Shown: in pieces, positions 36,707-46,511 of the stretch
Layout of the letters: each line of letters opens with the position of its first letter
Position numbering within the stretch: the stretch's first letter is position 1
Assembly (NCBI GenBank): GCA_963836235.1
Contig: CAWIIP010000002.1
Span: 416,001-480,000, forward strand
Source of the DNA: an uncultured Pseudomonadota bacterium
GTDB lineage: Bacteria; Oederibacteriota; Muellerivitia; Muellerivitales; Muellerivitaceae
DNA length: 64,000 nucleotides
Direction: 5' to 3'
The notes under the pieces: model-generated
Seen by the model: only the letters and a program-made list of their open reading frames with translations
The model's database searches: none
What the model was told of the DNA's origin: nothing
Translations under genes and position numbers: made by a program

Positions 36707-38018
36707 AAATTCCTTCCACCCGATCTTTATAGTCGATAATTCCTTCCGCGATGGCCTTGGCCATCTTGTCCCTCCAATAGGGATCTCTCAGTTTATTTTC
36801 CTCTTCCTGGTTGCTGATGAAAGCTGTCTCAACCAATATCGAAGGCATATCGGCGTGGGCTAAAACATAAAAAGGCGCGTGTTGAATATTTCTAAAATGT
36901 TGTTTCAAATTTTCAACAATTTTCTCCTCGACTCTTTGAGCGAGAAAATTGCTTCGACTTTTATAAAAATTTGTTCGCAGAGATGTCATGGTGTAATCAT
37001 AAGGATCGGTCTCACCATTTTCACGAACCGCCGCAACCTCAGCCAGTTTGTTGGAAGCCCTGGATCCATATTGGTATATTTCAGTTCCGTGGGCTCCAGA
37101 CCTTGGATTGGAGTTGCAGTGAATCGAGACAAAAAGATCGGCGTCGTGGGAATTGGCGAAATCCGTCCTGTACTTTAATTTAATATAATAATCTCCGGTG
37201 CGCGTCATGAGGACCTCAAATTCTCTTTCCCCTTTTTGTTCTTCTTTCAGATATCCGGCGACTCTTTTGGCGATATCCAAGGTCGCTTGTTTTTCAAAGT
37301 ATCTGCGGTCATGACCAGGCGCCCCCGCATCGTTTCCACCATGACCCGCGTCGATCACAATCCTACGTATCCTTTCGATTTGTCCAACAGGCACCTCTTC
37401 CTTTGCTTCCGCTTCCTCCGTAGGAGTCGGCTCCAAGGAGGGTACCGCCGTGGGAATCGCCACTTGCGTGACCCCCACGGCGGTGTTGGTGGGGGGAACG
37501 GCGGACGATTTTTTCAATTGGTCGGCTTGGGCCAGAATTTCACTCCTTAATTCATCTTCGCGGACTCCTCCGGCGACAAGAGCCTGTTGATCCAACAAAA
37601 ATCTCACGTTGACGTTCAGAAGAGTTCCAAAAACGTCTCCGGCGGATTCCGGCGGTATTGCTAATTGGCCCGACACAACTTCTACGGGGTCCATGGGGAA
37701 AGAGGACTCAGGATCAAGGATGAGGAAAACCGGTTGGGACAAAACCATCTTGACCTGATTTTTGCCTTTTTGAAGTGAAACACGGCGGGTTTGGGAATCA
37801 AATTGCAAGTCCACCCCGTAAAATTGCGCCACTTCCCGAAGAGGCAAAAAGACTTTCCCCTTGATATCCTGAAGAATCGTGACCGGGGCTTGATCGGATT
37901 TATACGTATATTTCAGAGAAACGGTCTCATCCGCCTGGCTGGCTATAGGCCAATAAAGTCCCATGGTCAAACCGAAAAAAATCCAAAAAAGCTCTTTAAT
38001 TTTGGGCATTTTCGACAC
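36681..38018 (-). CDS. N-acetylmuramoyl-L-alanine amidase (Amidase_3) with N-terminal stalk-like domain
   Basis: IVIDAGHGG.D.GA, EK, FVSIHCN, FYVL, MPSILVETAFISN; signal peptide. Confidence 0.93.
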   Translation of the reverse strand: MSKMPKIKELFWIFFGLTMGLYWPIASQADETVSLKYTYKSDQAPVTILQDIKGKVFLPLREVAQFYGVDLQFDSQTRRVSLQKGKNQVKMVLSQPVFLILDPESSFPMDPVEVVSGQLAIPPESAGDVFGTLLNVNVRFLLDQQALVAGGVREDELRSEILAQADQLKKSSAVPPTNTAVGVTQVAIPTAVPSLEPTPTEEAEAKEEVPVGQIERIRRIVIDAGHGGNDAGAPGHDRRYFEKQATLDIAKRVAGYLKEEQKGEREFEVLMTRTGDYYIKLKYRTDFANSHDADLFVSIHCNSNPRSGAHGTEIYQYGSRASNKLAEVAAVRENGETDPYDYTMTSLRTNFYKSRSNFLAQRVEEKIVENLKQHFRNIQHAPFYVLAHADMPSILVETAFISNQEEENKLRDPYWRDKMAKAIAEGIIDYKDRVEGIYENQQASR

Positions 38019-39324
38019 CTATTCTCTTATCCTTTTCTTCACTTTCATACTTTTTATGCTTAATTCTGAAATACCAGTTGTAAACACGACTAATACCTTT
38101 CAGGTCCGTCGCTTGAAGCGTAAGGATATGTCCACCCTGGGCCAATTCCGCGCCTACTTGATGAGTCAAAAGGTGGGTCTTCGGGTCGTAATGAACCCGC
38201 ATGATATGGTTTCCCAATTTCAGCCGAACCGAATTGGGTACGACATCATCCACGATCTGAGCTTTGATAACCGGCTTCTGGGAGTCAATCACTTCCCCGT
38301 CCGCTGGAAAAAGACCCTTCATGTGAAGAACCTTGTCCGTAAAAAGACTGGCGAATTTCTCGTGGCTAATGGGATATAGAATCAATTCCCTTTTGAGCTT
38401 GAGGGGTTCTATCGTTCGATCATTAGGACCTGGATTGACGGTAAAGGCCAGTTTGTATCCCATTTCGTGGGTAGTCGCAAGAATTGCTGGATCGTAAACC
38501 CCGTAAGGATAGGCTATCAATTCAGACTTGCGTTTAAAGTTAGCTTGGATGAAAGTCAAAGGTTCACTGAGCTCAAATTCAAGAATTTTTTTATACTCCA
38601 TTGGAGGAGTTTTTTCCTCCACCAGTCCCAGGTTTAAATGATTGGCAGTATGGGATTCGACTACCATGCCGAAATTTTGCATGGATAGGATATCCCCTAT
38701 CCCTAGAGGTTCGACCCCCAATTTCACTTTATGTTTTTTCTTGCTATCGATCCTTCGCTTTAAAGCCGCCTCCCCATTTTCGATAAACTTTGTATAAACA
38801 AAAAAAACCGAAGGGTATCCATAGGATTTAAGTATAGGAAATGCGTCGCGATAAATCGTGCGAAACCCATCATCAAAAGTAATGAGGACCGGTTTCGGAG
38901 GGAGGGGTTTCCCCCGAAACCAAAAGTCCATCAATTGACCATCCGAAATGGGGGTGAACCCATTGTCTTTCAGGTACTGCATCTGCCATTTAAATTCTTC
39001 CACTGGCATCTGGTACTCGGCCTGGGCCCAATCATCCTTTTCATCAGGCTTAAGTACAAACCTGTGGTAGCAAAGCACCACAAAGCTTTCATCCTCCGAC
39101 GAATTTGATGGTACTCCCGCCACAGCGGCGGAATTTCCCATCAATACCCTAGGAGTCGACGATTTTAAAGCCGGCAAGGCGGAATGAAGCGGTATATCAT
39201 CACCAAAGCTTCGGCCAACCATGGGTGACGGCCATATCAACAGGACCACCACCCAAAAGAATAACCTTATGGTTTTGACAAACCCTTTCCTCAACATCTT
39301 TTCCATTCCATCCTTTTCATTCAA
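37996..39324 (-). CDS. Polysaccharide deacetylase (CE4/NodB), exported
   Basis: VLCYHRF, ITFDDG, ESHTANH, AYPYG, AFTV; C-terminal Ig-like domain. Confidence 0.9.
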   Translation of the reverse strand: MNEKDGMEKMLRKGFVKTIRLFFWVVVLLIWPSPMVGRSFGDDIPLHSALPALKSSTPRVLMGNSAAVAGVPSNSSEDESFVVLCYHRFVLKPDEKDDWAQAEYQMPVEEFKWQMQYLKDNGFTPISDGQLMDFWFRGKPLPPKPVLITFDDGFRTIYRDAFPILKSYGYPSVFFVYTKFIENGEAALKRRIDSKKKHKVKLGVEPLGIGDILSMQNFGMVVESHTANHLNLGLVEEKTPPMEYKKILEFELSEPLTFIQANFKRKSELIAYPYGVYDPAILATTHEMGYKLAFTVNPGPNDRTIEPLKLKRELILYPISHEKFASLFTDKVLHMKGLFPADGEVIDSQKPVIKAQIVDDVVPNSVRLKLGNHIMRVHYDPKTHLLTHQVGAELAQGGHILTLQATDLKGISRVYNWYFRIKHKKYESEEKDKRIGVENAQN

Positions 39325-39355
39325 TCGAGATTTTTAATTGCTATCTCAGTCCCGA

Positions 39356-40516
39356 TTAGTTTTGAAAAGGCTTGCTGGCCAAACGGCGGCGCAGATAGGC
39401 CGGAATGTCGTACTGCCCATCCGACAACTTCAAGGTCATATCCCCTTCCAGTTCCTCCATTGGAGGCTGGGACGAGCTGGCCTTGGCGGTGTTGAAGTTG
39501 GGCGTCACGAAATTCTTCAGGTCGATCACCGTAGCCATCTGGTCGACACTCTTTTGGGCATCGAAACCGGTGGCGATGATGGTGACTCGCAGGCCGTCCT
39601 TCAGGTTTTCATCGCGCACGATACCCGGGATAATTTCGGCTCCGGGGCGGGCGGCTTTCTGGAGGAACCCGTTGATCTGGTTGAACTCGTTCAGGGTGAA
39701 ATTCGCCCCCGCAGTCACCAAAACCAGCACCGCAGTGGCTCCGGCGATGTCCACATCCTCCAAAAGCGGGCTATTTACGGCCTTTTGCACCGCTTTGAGG
39801 GCCCTATCCTCGCCCGTTCCCGCGCCCATACCCATCAGCACCTTGCCCTTGGCGGTCAGGATGCGTCGTACGTCGGCGAAATCACGGTTGATAATACCTT
39901 CTGAGTGGATAATTACCGAGATACCTTGGATAGCCTGTACCAGTACTTCGTCCACACGAGCAAAAGCGGAAGACAGTTCCACATCCTGCTCGCAAACCAG
40001 GTTGATGCGTTCGTTCGGGATGACAACAATGGCATCCACATGAGGAAGCATCGCGCGAAGCCCGTCCTCGGCTTGGGCCTTGCGCACGGGCCCTTCGTGC
40101 TCAAAAGGTCGGCTAACCACGCCCACTGTCAAGATACCAAGCTTCTTAGCAATCTCGGCTACCACGGGAGCCGCTCCGGTTCCGGTGCCGCCTCCCATAC
40201 CCGCGGCAACCACCACCATGTCGGCGCCTTCCAGGCATTTTTGAATTTCATCGGTGGATTCCAATGCCGCTTCCTTCCCGATAGTGGGATTCCCGCCCGA
40301 GCCCAATCCCTTGGTGAGGGATTTGCCCAGCTGAATTTTCTTGATAGCCTTGCTGCGGCGAAGGGACTTATAGTCCGTATTAGCCGAGATACATTCCACG
40401 CCTTCAATACCGGCTTCGATCATCTTATTAACGGCGTTACATCCGCCACCGCCCACCCCGATGACCTTTAAATGGGCCAAATATTGCGTCACATCGTCTT
40501 CCGCGAACTCGATCAT
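39356..40516 (-). CDS. ftsZ: Cell division protein FtsZ
   Basis: [28 protein letters not shown]-terminal DIPAYLRR. Confidence 0.99.
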   Translation of the reverse strand: MIEFAEDDVTQYLAHLKVIGVGGGGCNAVNKMIEAGIEGVECISANTDYKSLRRSKAIKKIQLGKSLTKGLGSGGNPTIGKEAALESTDEIQKCLEGADMVVVAAGMGGGTGTGAAPVVAEIAKKLGILTVGVVSRPFEHEGPVRKAQAEDGLRAMLPHVDAIVVIPNERINLVCEQDVELSSAFARVDEVLVQAIQGISVIIHSEGIINRDFADVRRILTAKGKVLMGMGAGTGEDRALKAVQKAVNSPLLEDVDIAGATAVLVLVTAGANFTLNEFNQINGFLQKAARPGAEIIPGIVRDENLKDGLRVTIIATGFDAQKSVDQMATVIDLKNFVTPNFNTAKASSSQPPMEELEGDMTLKLSDGQYDIPAYLRRRLASKPFQN

Positions 40517-40669
40517 TGTTTTCCCCCTCTTTTTTTAAACCAACTTTTGGCTGCCAGCTCTAAACCGTCAGTTTTAAACCCTTACTAACTACCTTTCATT
40601 TCCCATGCCACCCCCTTAACCATTTCTTTTGGTTTAACTCCCAAACCTCAAACTCCTTATTTCTAACTT

Positions 40670-41923
40670 TTAAATGGAGTCTCCGAACCATTTCTTCATA
40701 CGACCCAGGATATTATTGAAAGCATCCGCTCCCGACGCGATTCGATTGCGTTTGGAACCCTGCGTCTGTTGCGACTGCATACCCATCAGTACCAGTCCCA
40801 CCGCCGTGGAATAACTCGGGTTGGAGACCACATCGGTTAATCCACCGATCCTTTTGGGCGAACCGATCCGAACCGGCAGTTGTAAAATTTTCTCCGCCAG
40901 TTCTGCCGTTCCCTCCATCAGGGCGGCTCCGCCAGTGATGACCGCTCCCGCTGGAATCCGATCCTCGAAACCGTGTTTCTTTAATTCCGATCCTACCAAC
41001 TCGAAAATCTCTTCCATGCGCGCCTCAATAATTTCGGAAAGGACTCGCCGTGGCATGCGCCGGTCCGGCCTCCCTCCCACGCCCGGCACGGTGATTTCCT
41101 CTTCTTCCTTCACCATCGCCGTGTAGGCGCAACCAAATTGAATTTTGATAGCCTCTGCCTCGGTGTTAGGAGTACGGAGCCCCACTGCCACGTCGCTCGT
41201 CACCAGGGTGCCTCCCAAGGTGATAATGCCAGTGTGCCAAAGGGAACCATTGATAAAGACCGCGATATCAGTGGTTCCACCCCCAATGTCGATCAAAGCA
41301 ACACCCAGTTCCTTTTCGTCCGATGAGAGAATGGCTTCCGCCGAAGCCAAGGGTTGAAGAATGATGTCAGCCACTTGGATATCGGCCCTTTCCACACTGC
41401 GGACGATGTTCTGGACGCTGGTTACCGCCCCCGTTACCACATGGACTTCGGCCTCCAGTCTTACTCCCGACATACCCACGGGATTCTTGATACCATCCTG
41501 GTCATCAACGATGTATTCCTGTGGAATCACATGGATAATCTCCCGGTCTAAGGGAATGGCGATGGCTTGGGCGGCTTCGATCACTCTTTCCCTATCTTCC
41601 TCCGTAATTTCCTTGTCTTTACGGGATACCGCGATGACGCCCCGGCTATTCAATCCCTTAATGTGGCCCCCGGCGACACCCGCGAACGCGGAGGAGACCT
41701 CCACACCCGCCATTCGCTCCGCGTCTTGGACGGACTTCTTGATGGAAGCGATGGTTTGTTCGATATTCACCACCGAACCCTTTTTAAGCCCCGTCGAAGG
41801 AGTTGTTCCAACCCCGATGATATGGACCTGCCCCTCATCGTCCTGTTCCCCAATGATGGTGCAGACTTTGGTTGTACCCAGGTCCAGCCCCACCACGATG
41901 TCCTGCTTTTGCTCCTTAGCCAT
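40670..41923 (-). CDS. ftsA: Cell division protein FtsA
   Basis: GLDLGTTK, PVGMSGVRLE, DIGGGTTD, C-terminal amphipathic MKKWF. Confidence 0.99.
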   Translation of the reverse strand: MAKEQKQDIVVGLDLGTTKVCTIIGEQDDEGQVHIIGVGTTPSTGLKKGSVVNIEQTIASIKKSVQDAERMAGVEVSSAFAGVAGGHIKGLNSRGVIAVSRKDKEITEEDRERVIEAAQAIAIPLDREIIHVIPQEYIVDDQDGIKNPVGMSGVRLEAEVHVVTGAVTSVQNIVRSVERADIQVADIILQPLASAEAILSSDEKELGVALIDIGGGTTDIAVFINGSLWHTGIITLGGTLVTSDVAVGLRTPNTEAEAIKIQFGCAYTAMVKEEEEITVPGVGGRPDRRMPRRVLSEIIEARMEEIFELVGSELKKHGFEDRIPAGAVITGGAALMEGTAELAEKILQLPVRIGSPKRIGGLTDVVSNPSYSTAVGLVLMGMQSQQTQGSKRNRIASGADAFNNILGRMKKWFGDSI

Positions 41924-41943
41924 TCAACTCACCTCCCTGTTAT

Positions 41944-42099
41944 TTATCTTTTAGCCGCCGAGAAACAGCGGCATGGTCCAAAACAAACCTTCAGCATTTT
42001 CAAGTTCAAATGTCTTGCCTTACCGATCACCCTTTGGGTATCCGGCATCATTTTTTTTAACCGGCGCCGGTAATAACACAAAGTCCTGGATGTTTTCAT
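41944..42099 (-). CDS. Putative 51-aa bridging ORF between ftsQ and ftsA
   Basis: ATG overlaps the ftsQ stop (ATGA); MKTSRTLCYYRRRLKKMMPDTQRVIGKARHLNLKMLKVCFGPCRCFSAAKR*; ends just before the ftsA SD. Confidence 0.4.
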   Translation of the reverse strand: MKTSRTLCYYRRRLKKMMPDTQRVIGKARHLNLKMLKVCFGPCRCFSAAKR

Positions 42100-43112
42100 T
42101 TTCCATCCCTCGTTTTTACCAACACCATGTCCCGATAACGGAAATCCATGGTTCCCGCACTTTTTCCCTTTTCATTTAAATCGCTGAGTACCAAAGCCAT
42201 GCGCTTAAGCGCGCCTTCACTGACCGGTGGATTAAAGGTCGCTTGGATGCCATCGATAAAAGTCACCACAATCGAATCCGGTTCGGAAAGATTTACTTCC
42301 GAGACGTCCTGGGCCATGACCGGATCTTTCTTTTGGAGAAACGAAAAGAAATCCAAAGCCGGCTTCAGGGATTCCGCCATGGCGGTAGTGCCGACAGCAT
42401 CCACTTTCAAGGGCACACCCGAAACAAGAGGCAAATCTTCCCGAAGCAACGCCGGGGAGGGGGACAACAACATTCCTTCCCGGTCAACTCCGTAAAGGGA
42501 TCCGTCGTCAAACAGAGCCACCGGCTTGCGTTCCCGGACGGAAATCAGAATGGTGCGAGGCAGCCGTCTTTCCACGAAAACCCTCTCGACCCAGTCCATT
42601 TTCCGAACCCTTTCACCCGCTTCGTTTAAATCCAACTTGAACATGCTTTCCCCCAATGGCAGCGCCACGGCTTTCACAATATCGTCTTCTGACAGGTAAT
42701 GGTTTCCTTCCACGGTTACCTTTTCCAGTTTCAAACCCGCCAGATCTTGTAAAAGAGCGGTGGTCTTATTTTTAGACCAAATCACAGCCAGAACTAAAAG
42801 TGTTAATCCCACCAGCTTCAACATCCATGCCGTGCTTTTCAAAGAAGGGCCACGAAGATTCCAAGATCCCCGCTTCTTTGAAAATCCCGGTGTGTCCTCC
42901 ACCGATGTAACCCCGGGCCGGTAAAAGGCATAAGCCTTTTGTTCCTGCCGCACGACCGGTTTTTCCTTCTTTTCAAACAACTTTAGAAAAAAACGGCTTT
43001 CCCCCTTTCCGGTATTACGGGGCGCCCTGAACCTTACGCTCGATGTCACTCCCGCAGTATTGAACCGGGGAGATTTTTCACTTAAAGGAACCCGTGAACC
43101 CCGGTAATACAT
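42096..43112 (-). CDS. ftsQ: Cell division protein FtsQ/DivIB
   Basis: TM, then POTRA domain (VTVEGNHYLS...WVERVFVERRLP...VRER), DFRY; position in the dcw cluster. Confidence 0.93.
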   Translation of the reverse strand: MYYRGSRVPLSEKSPRFNTAGVTSSVRFRAPRNTGKGESRFFLKLFEKKEKPVVRQEQKAYAFYRPGVTSVEDTPGFSKKRGSWNLRGPSLKSTAWMLKLVGLTLLVLAVIWSKNKTTALLQDLAGLKLEKVTVEGNHYLSEDDIVKAVALPLGESMFKLDLNEAGERVRKMDWVERVFVERRLPRTILISVRERKPVALFDDGSLYGVDREGMLLSPSPALLREDLPLVSGVPLKVDAVGTTAMAESLKPALDFFSFLQKKDPVMAQDVSEVNLSEPDSIVVTFIDGIQATFNPPVSEGALKRMALVLSDLNEKGKSAGTMDFRYRDMVLVKTRDGK

Positions 43113-44050
43113 CAGTTTTTATTTCCTTTCCGTTTCAGCGCCATCAGAACCAACTCCTTCAAAAGCTTCGGAAAAGAAATCCCCGCCGCCCGGGCCGCAT
43201 CCGGCACCAAACTGGTAGAGGTCATACCGGGGGCTGTATTCACCTCTAAAATCTGAGGTTCCCCCTTCTTAGGAACAATGAAATCAACCCGGTAATAGTC
43301 CCGGCAACCCATGGCCTTACCGGCTTTGACGGCGTAAGATTTCACTTTTTGGGCGCTTTTGGCTGGAATCCGGGCCGGAATCAAGTGGTCCGAATGGCCC
43401 GGCGTATACTTTGCGTCAAAGTCGTAAAACTCATTTTGTGGCACGATTTCAATGATCGGCAGGGCTTTTTCTCCCAGTACCGTCACGGTCACTTCCGTTC
43501 CAGGAACGAATTTTTCCGCGATGGCCCACTGGCTATAGCGAAAGGCCAGTTGAATAGCTTTGGCCAGTTCTTCTTTTTTCTTAACGATGGTCACCCCAAT
43601 GGCCGAACCCACATCCGCAGGTTTGACAACCAAGGGCAGGCCGATTTTGATCTCTTTCAACCATTTGGACTTTTCCAAGCTCTTATGCAGGGCATGCCAA
43701 GGGGCCGTGGGAATTCGATTGGCCTCAAATACCAGTTTGGAACAGCCCTTGTGCATGGCCAAACCACAAGCGAGGGCTCCTGAACCCGTATAGGCCATCC
43801 CCCATTTGTCCAACAAAGCCTGTAAGGAGCCATCCTCCCCAAACCCGCCATGCAGGGCGATAAAAACCCCGTCGAACTTGGCGGCTTTGAGTTTTTTCAA
43901 AAGCCGCTTTTCATTTTTGTCCATCGTGTTCAGAACCATCGGTAGGGCTTTAATTCCCGCTTGGCCCAACCCTTCCACCACGTTTTTGCCCGACATCATG
44001 GAAATTTTTTTCTCCGGGCTCCAACCACCCATTAGTACGCCAACTTTCAT
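43112..44050 (-). CDS. ddl: D-alanine--D-alanine ligase
   Basis: GGWSPE, LHGGFGEDG, VKPA..GSA.G, FYDFDAKY, EVNTAPG. Confidence 0.97.
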   Translation of the reverse strand: MKVGVLMGGWSPEKKISMMSGKNVVEGLGQAGIKALPMVLNTMDKNEKRLLKKLKAAKFDGVFIALHGGFGEDGSLQALLDKWGMAYTGSGALACGLAMHKGCSKLVFEANRIPTAPWHALHKSLEKSKWLKEIKIGLPLVVKPADVGSAIGVTIVKKKEELAKAIQLAFRYSQWAIAEKFVPGTEVTVTVLGEKALPIIEIVPQNEFYDFDAKYTPGHSDHLIPARIPAKSAQKVKSYAVKAGKAMGCRDYYRVDFIVPKKGEPQILEVNTAPGMTSTSLVPDAARAAGISFPKLLKELVLMALKRKGNKN

Positions 44051-44121
44051 CTTGTTCTCCGGTTTCTTAAATTTCCCTGCCCTGTTGTTTGAGGCGTCGT
44101 TCGTCTTAAGTTATCAGCCAT
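44047..44121 (-). CDS. Putative 24-aa bridging ORF between murB and ddl
   Basis: ATG overlaps the murB stop (ATGGCTGA) and the TGA overlaps the ddl ATG (ATGA); MADNLRRTTPQTTGQGNLRNRRTR*. Confidence 0.35.
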   Translation of the reverse strand: MADNLRRTTPQTTGQGNLRNRRTR

Positions 44122-45136
44122 TTTGATAGTTCCACCAAACGTCCTTGATTTCATTCCAGTCCCAATCCCCCAAAGGTAGTATTTCGGGTTCCAACTTTAT
44201 TCGATACTGATCCCGAACCCGTTTCTGGATTTCCCTCATCACCGCTACCACATCGTGGGCGGTGGCGCCGCCTTCGTTGATGATGAAATTGGCGTGGATT
44301 TCGCTAACCCTGGCGCCTCCAATCCGAAATCCCTTCAACCCCACAGATTCAGTCAGCCTTCCCGCGAAGTTCCCTTCCGGATTCTTGAAAACACTGCCCG
44401 CGTTCTTCTCCACCCGGGGCTGCTTACCCCGGCGGACTTTGAAGTATTCCTTCACCTTCTTCTCAATCGTGTCCTTGGCCTCTTTTTTCAGCTTCAACAC
44501 GGCCTCCACTAACACGTTCCCGCTCAATTTCAAGTTCGATTGTCGGTAACCAAAGCTGTAATCAGACTTCTTCCAATGTTTCACTTCCCCATGGGGCGTC
44601 ACGATGGTCAATTCCTCGACTGTAGGCCCGATCCAAGCCTTCTTGGCCCCCGCATTGCCCACAACCGCCCCGCCCAGACTTCCGGGAATGCCCGCAAAAA
44701 ACTCAACACCTCCCAACCCCGCTTCTCGGGTTTTGGCCAGAACCGTCACCAATTTGGTGGCGGCCTTAACCCTCACCCGATCGCCCCCTATGTGAATTCC
44801 CTGGAAACCCCGTCCCAGGCGGATCACCACACCTTTGAAACCTTCATCCGCAAAGAGAACATTGCTACCACCTCCCAGCATGAGGTACGGAACTTCCGCA
44901 TGGGTAAGGCACCGCAAAAGCTCGCCCAAATCCTCATTGGATTGGGGTTCCACAAAAGCCGCCGCCTTGCCACCCAGGTGATATGTGGTGAAGGGAGCGA
45001 TGGAATGGTCAAATTCCACCTTTCCTTTGACCAAGGTTTTAAGTTCTTTAAAATCCACTTCTCCTACCCTTTCATGTCGCCGCACGGCATATTCCGCAAT
45101 CACGCCCTTATCCTTTGTGCTTCTGGACGAGGTCAC
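44114..45136 (-). CDS. murB: UDP-N-acetylenolpyruvoylglucosamine reductase
   Basis: LGGGSNVL, GIPGSLGGA..GNAGA, FGYRQS, NAGSVFKNP, HANFIIN, LEPE. Confidence 0.97.
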   Translation of the reverse strand: MTSSRSTKDKGVIAEYAVRRHERVGEVDFKELKTLVKGKVEFDHSIAPFTTYHLGGKAAAFVEPQSNEDLGELLRCLTHAEVPYLMLGGGSNVLFADEGFKGVVIRLGRGFQGIHIGGDRVRVKAATKLVTVLAKTREAGLGGVEFFAGIPGSLGGAVVGNAGAKKAWIGPTVEELTIVTPHGEVKHWKKSDYSFGYRQSNLKLSGNVLVEAVLKLKKEAKDTIEKKVKEYFKVRRGKQPRVEKNAGSVFKNPEGNFAGRLTESVGLKGFRIGGARVSEIHANFIINEGGATAHDVVAVMREIQKRVRDQYRIKLEPEILPLGDWDWNEIKDVWWNYQNG

Positions 45137-46511
45137 TTCCCACTTTCCAGATATCCCCCGCCCCCATGGTTAAAAGCACATGTTTGTCGGTCAAATGGGC
45201 CTTCAGGTATTCCAAAAGCAAAGCCCGGTCCTCGATATAGCGCACGTTGGTTTGACGGTTTTCCCTCAAGGCTTCCACCAGGGTCATGCCCGTCACCCCT
45301 GGGATGGGCTTCTCCCGGGAAGGATAAATGGCCGAGATCACCACCTCATCAGCGTCGCCAAAGGACTTTCCAAATTTGTCCCGCAAGAGCTGGGTGCGGG
45401 AGAAGAGATGAGGCTGGAACACCACCAGCAGTTTTTTGGAACCCGCAAAATTTTTGGCCGCCCTGAGCGTTTCGGATACCGCCGTGGGATGGTGGGCGTA
45501 ATCGTCCACCACCGTGGCACCCTTGTAAGAGCCTTTGATTTCAAAACGCCGTTTGGCCCCGTGGAACCGGACCAAACCGGCGGTGATCTTTTTAAAGGGA
45601 ACCTTGAGTTCCAAACCCACCGCTACCGCCGCCAGGGCGTTTTGGATGTTGAATCGACCCGGCACATTGAGCTTCACGGTTCCCAACTTCTTTCCCTGGA
45701 AGGCGACCTCGAAAATCGACCCGGCCTTTTCCAGCCGGACCCTTTGGGCCGAAACTTGGGCCTGCTTGGAAAAACCATAGGTCATCACCCGGCGCTTGAT
45801 GTGGGGAATAATCATCTGGATCTGCGGATCGTCCGCGCCAAGGATCACACATCCATAAAAAGGAACCTTGTTGGCAAATTGAATGAAGGCTTCCCGGACC
45901 TTGTCGATGGAGCCGTAATAATCCAAATGGTCGTCATCAATATTGGTGACAATGGAAATCATGGGCGAAAGCAGGAAAAACTCGCCGAAGGCCTCACAGG
46001 CCTCGGCCACCAGATAATCGCCCTTGCCCAGCTTTGCGTTGGACTTGAACACATCCACCTGGCCCCCGATGACCAGCGTCGGGTCCAGTTTGCCCTCGGT
46101 CATGACCAGCCCGATCATGGAAGTCGTGGTGGTTTTGCCGTGGGTGCCTGAAATAGCGATGCCATATTTCAAGCGCATCAGCTCCGCCAGCATCTCGGTA
46201 CGGGGGATGACCGGCACCGAACGTTTATGGGCCTCCACAATTTCCGGGTTGTCCATGGGAACGGCGGCGGAATAAACCGCCACGTCCGCGCCCACCACAT
46301 GGGAAGCCTTATGGCCAAAGTGAATGTCAGCGCCCATTTCGGTAAGCCGCTCGGTCACATCCGAAGCCTTCAAGTCTGAGCCAGAGACCTTGTAGTGCAA
46401 GCTCAGCAGCACCGCCGCGATACCGCTCATTCCGGCGCCACCAATGCCGATAAAATGCACCCGCTTGACGCTACCGAAAGGCTGGGTTAGTTTTCTAAAG
46501 CTCGATTTCAC
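45108..46511 (-). CDS. murC: UDP-N-acetylmuramate--L-alanine ligase
   Basis: HFIGIGGAGMSG, GTHGKTTTT, DHLD, DDYAHHPT, FQPH. Confidence 0.98.
   Translation of the reverse strand: MKSSFRKLTQPFGSVKRVHFIGIGGAGMSGIAAVLLSLHYKVSGSDLKASDVTERLTEMGADIHFGHKASHVVGADVAVYSAAVPMDNPEIVEAHKRSVPVIPRTEMLAELMRLKYGIAISGTHGKTTTTSMIGLVMTEGKLDPTLVIGGQVDVFKSNAKLGKGDYLVAEACEAFGEFFLLSPMISIVTNIDDDHLDYYGSIDKVREAFIQFANKVPFYGCVILGADDPQIQMIIPHIKRRVMTYGFSKQAQVSAQRVRLEKAGSIFEVAFQGKKLGTVKLNVPGRFNIQNALAAVAVGLELKVPFKKITAGLVRFHGAKRRFEIKGSYKGATVVDDYAHHPTAVSETLRAAKNFAGSKKLLVVFQPHLFSRTQLLRDKFGKSFGDADEVVISAIYPSREKPIPGVTGMTLVEALRENRQTNVRYIEDRALLLEYLKAHLTDKHVLLTMGAGDIWKVGSDLVQKHKG

Noticed and set aside
40517-40669. Bridging ORF between ftsA and ftsZ
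   Set aside because: Only very short ORFs, not coupled to either gene; ftsZ has its own strong SD.
45980-46015. MurC EACE instead of EADE motif
   Set aside because: EACE is a known variant in many MurC proteins; all other motifs are intact.
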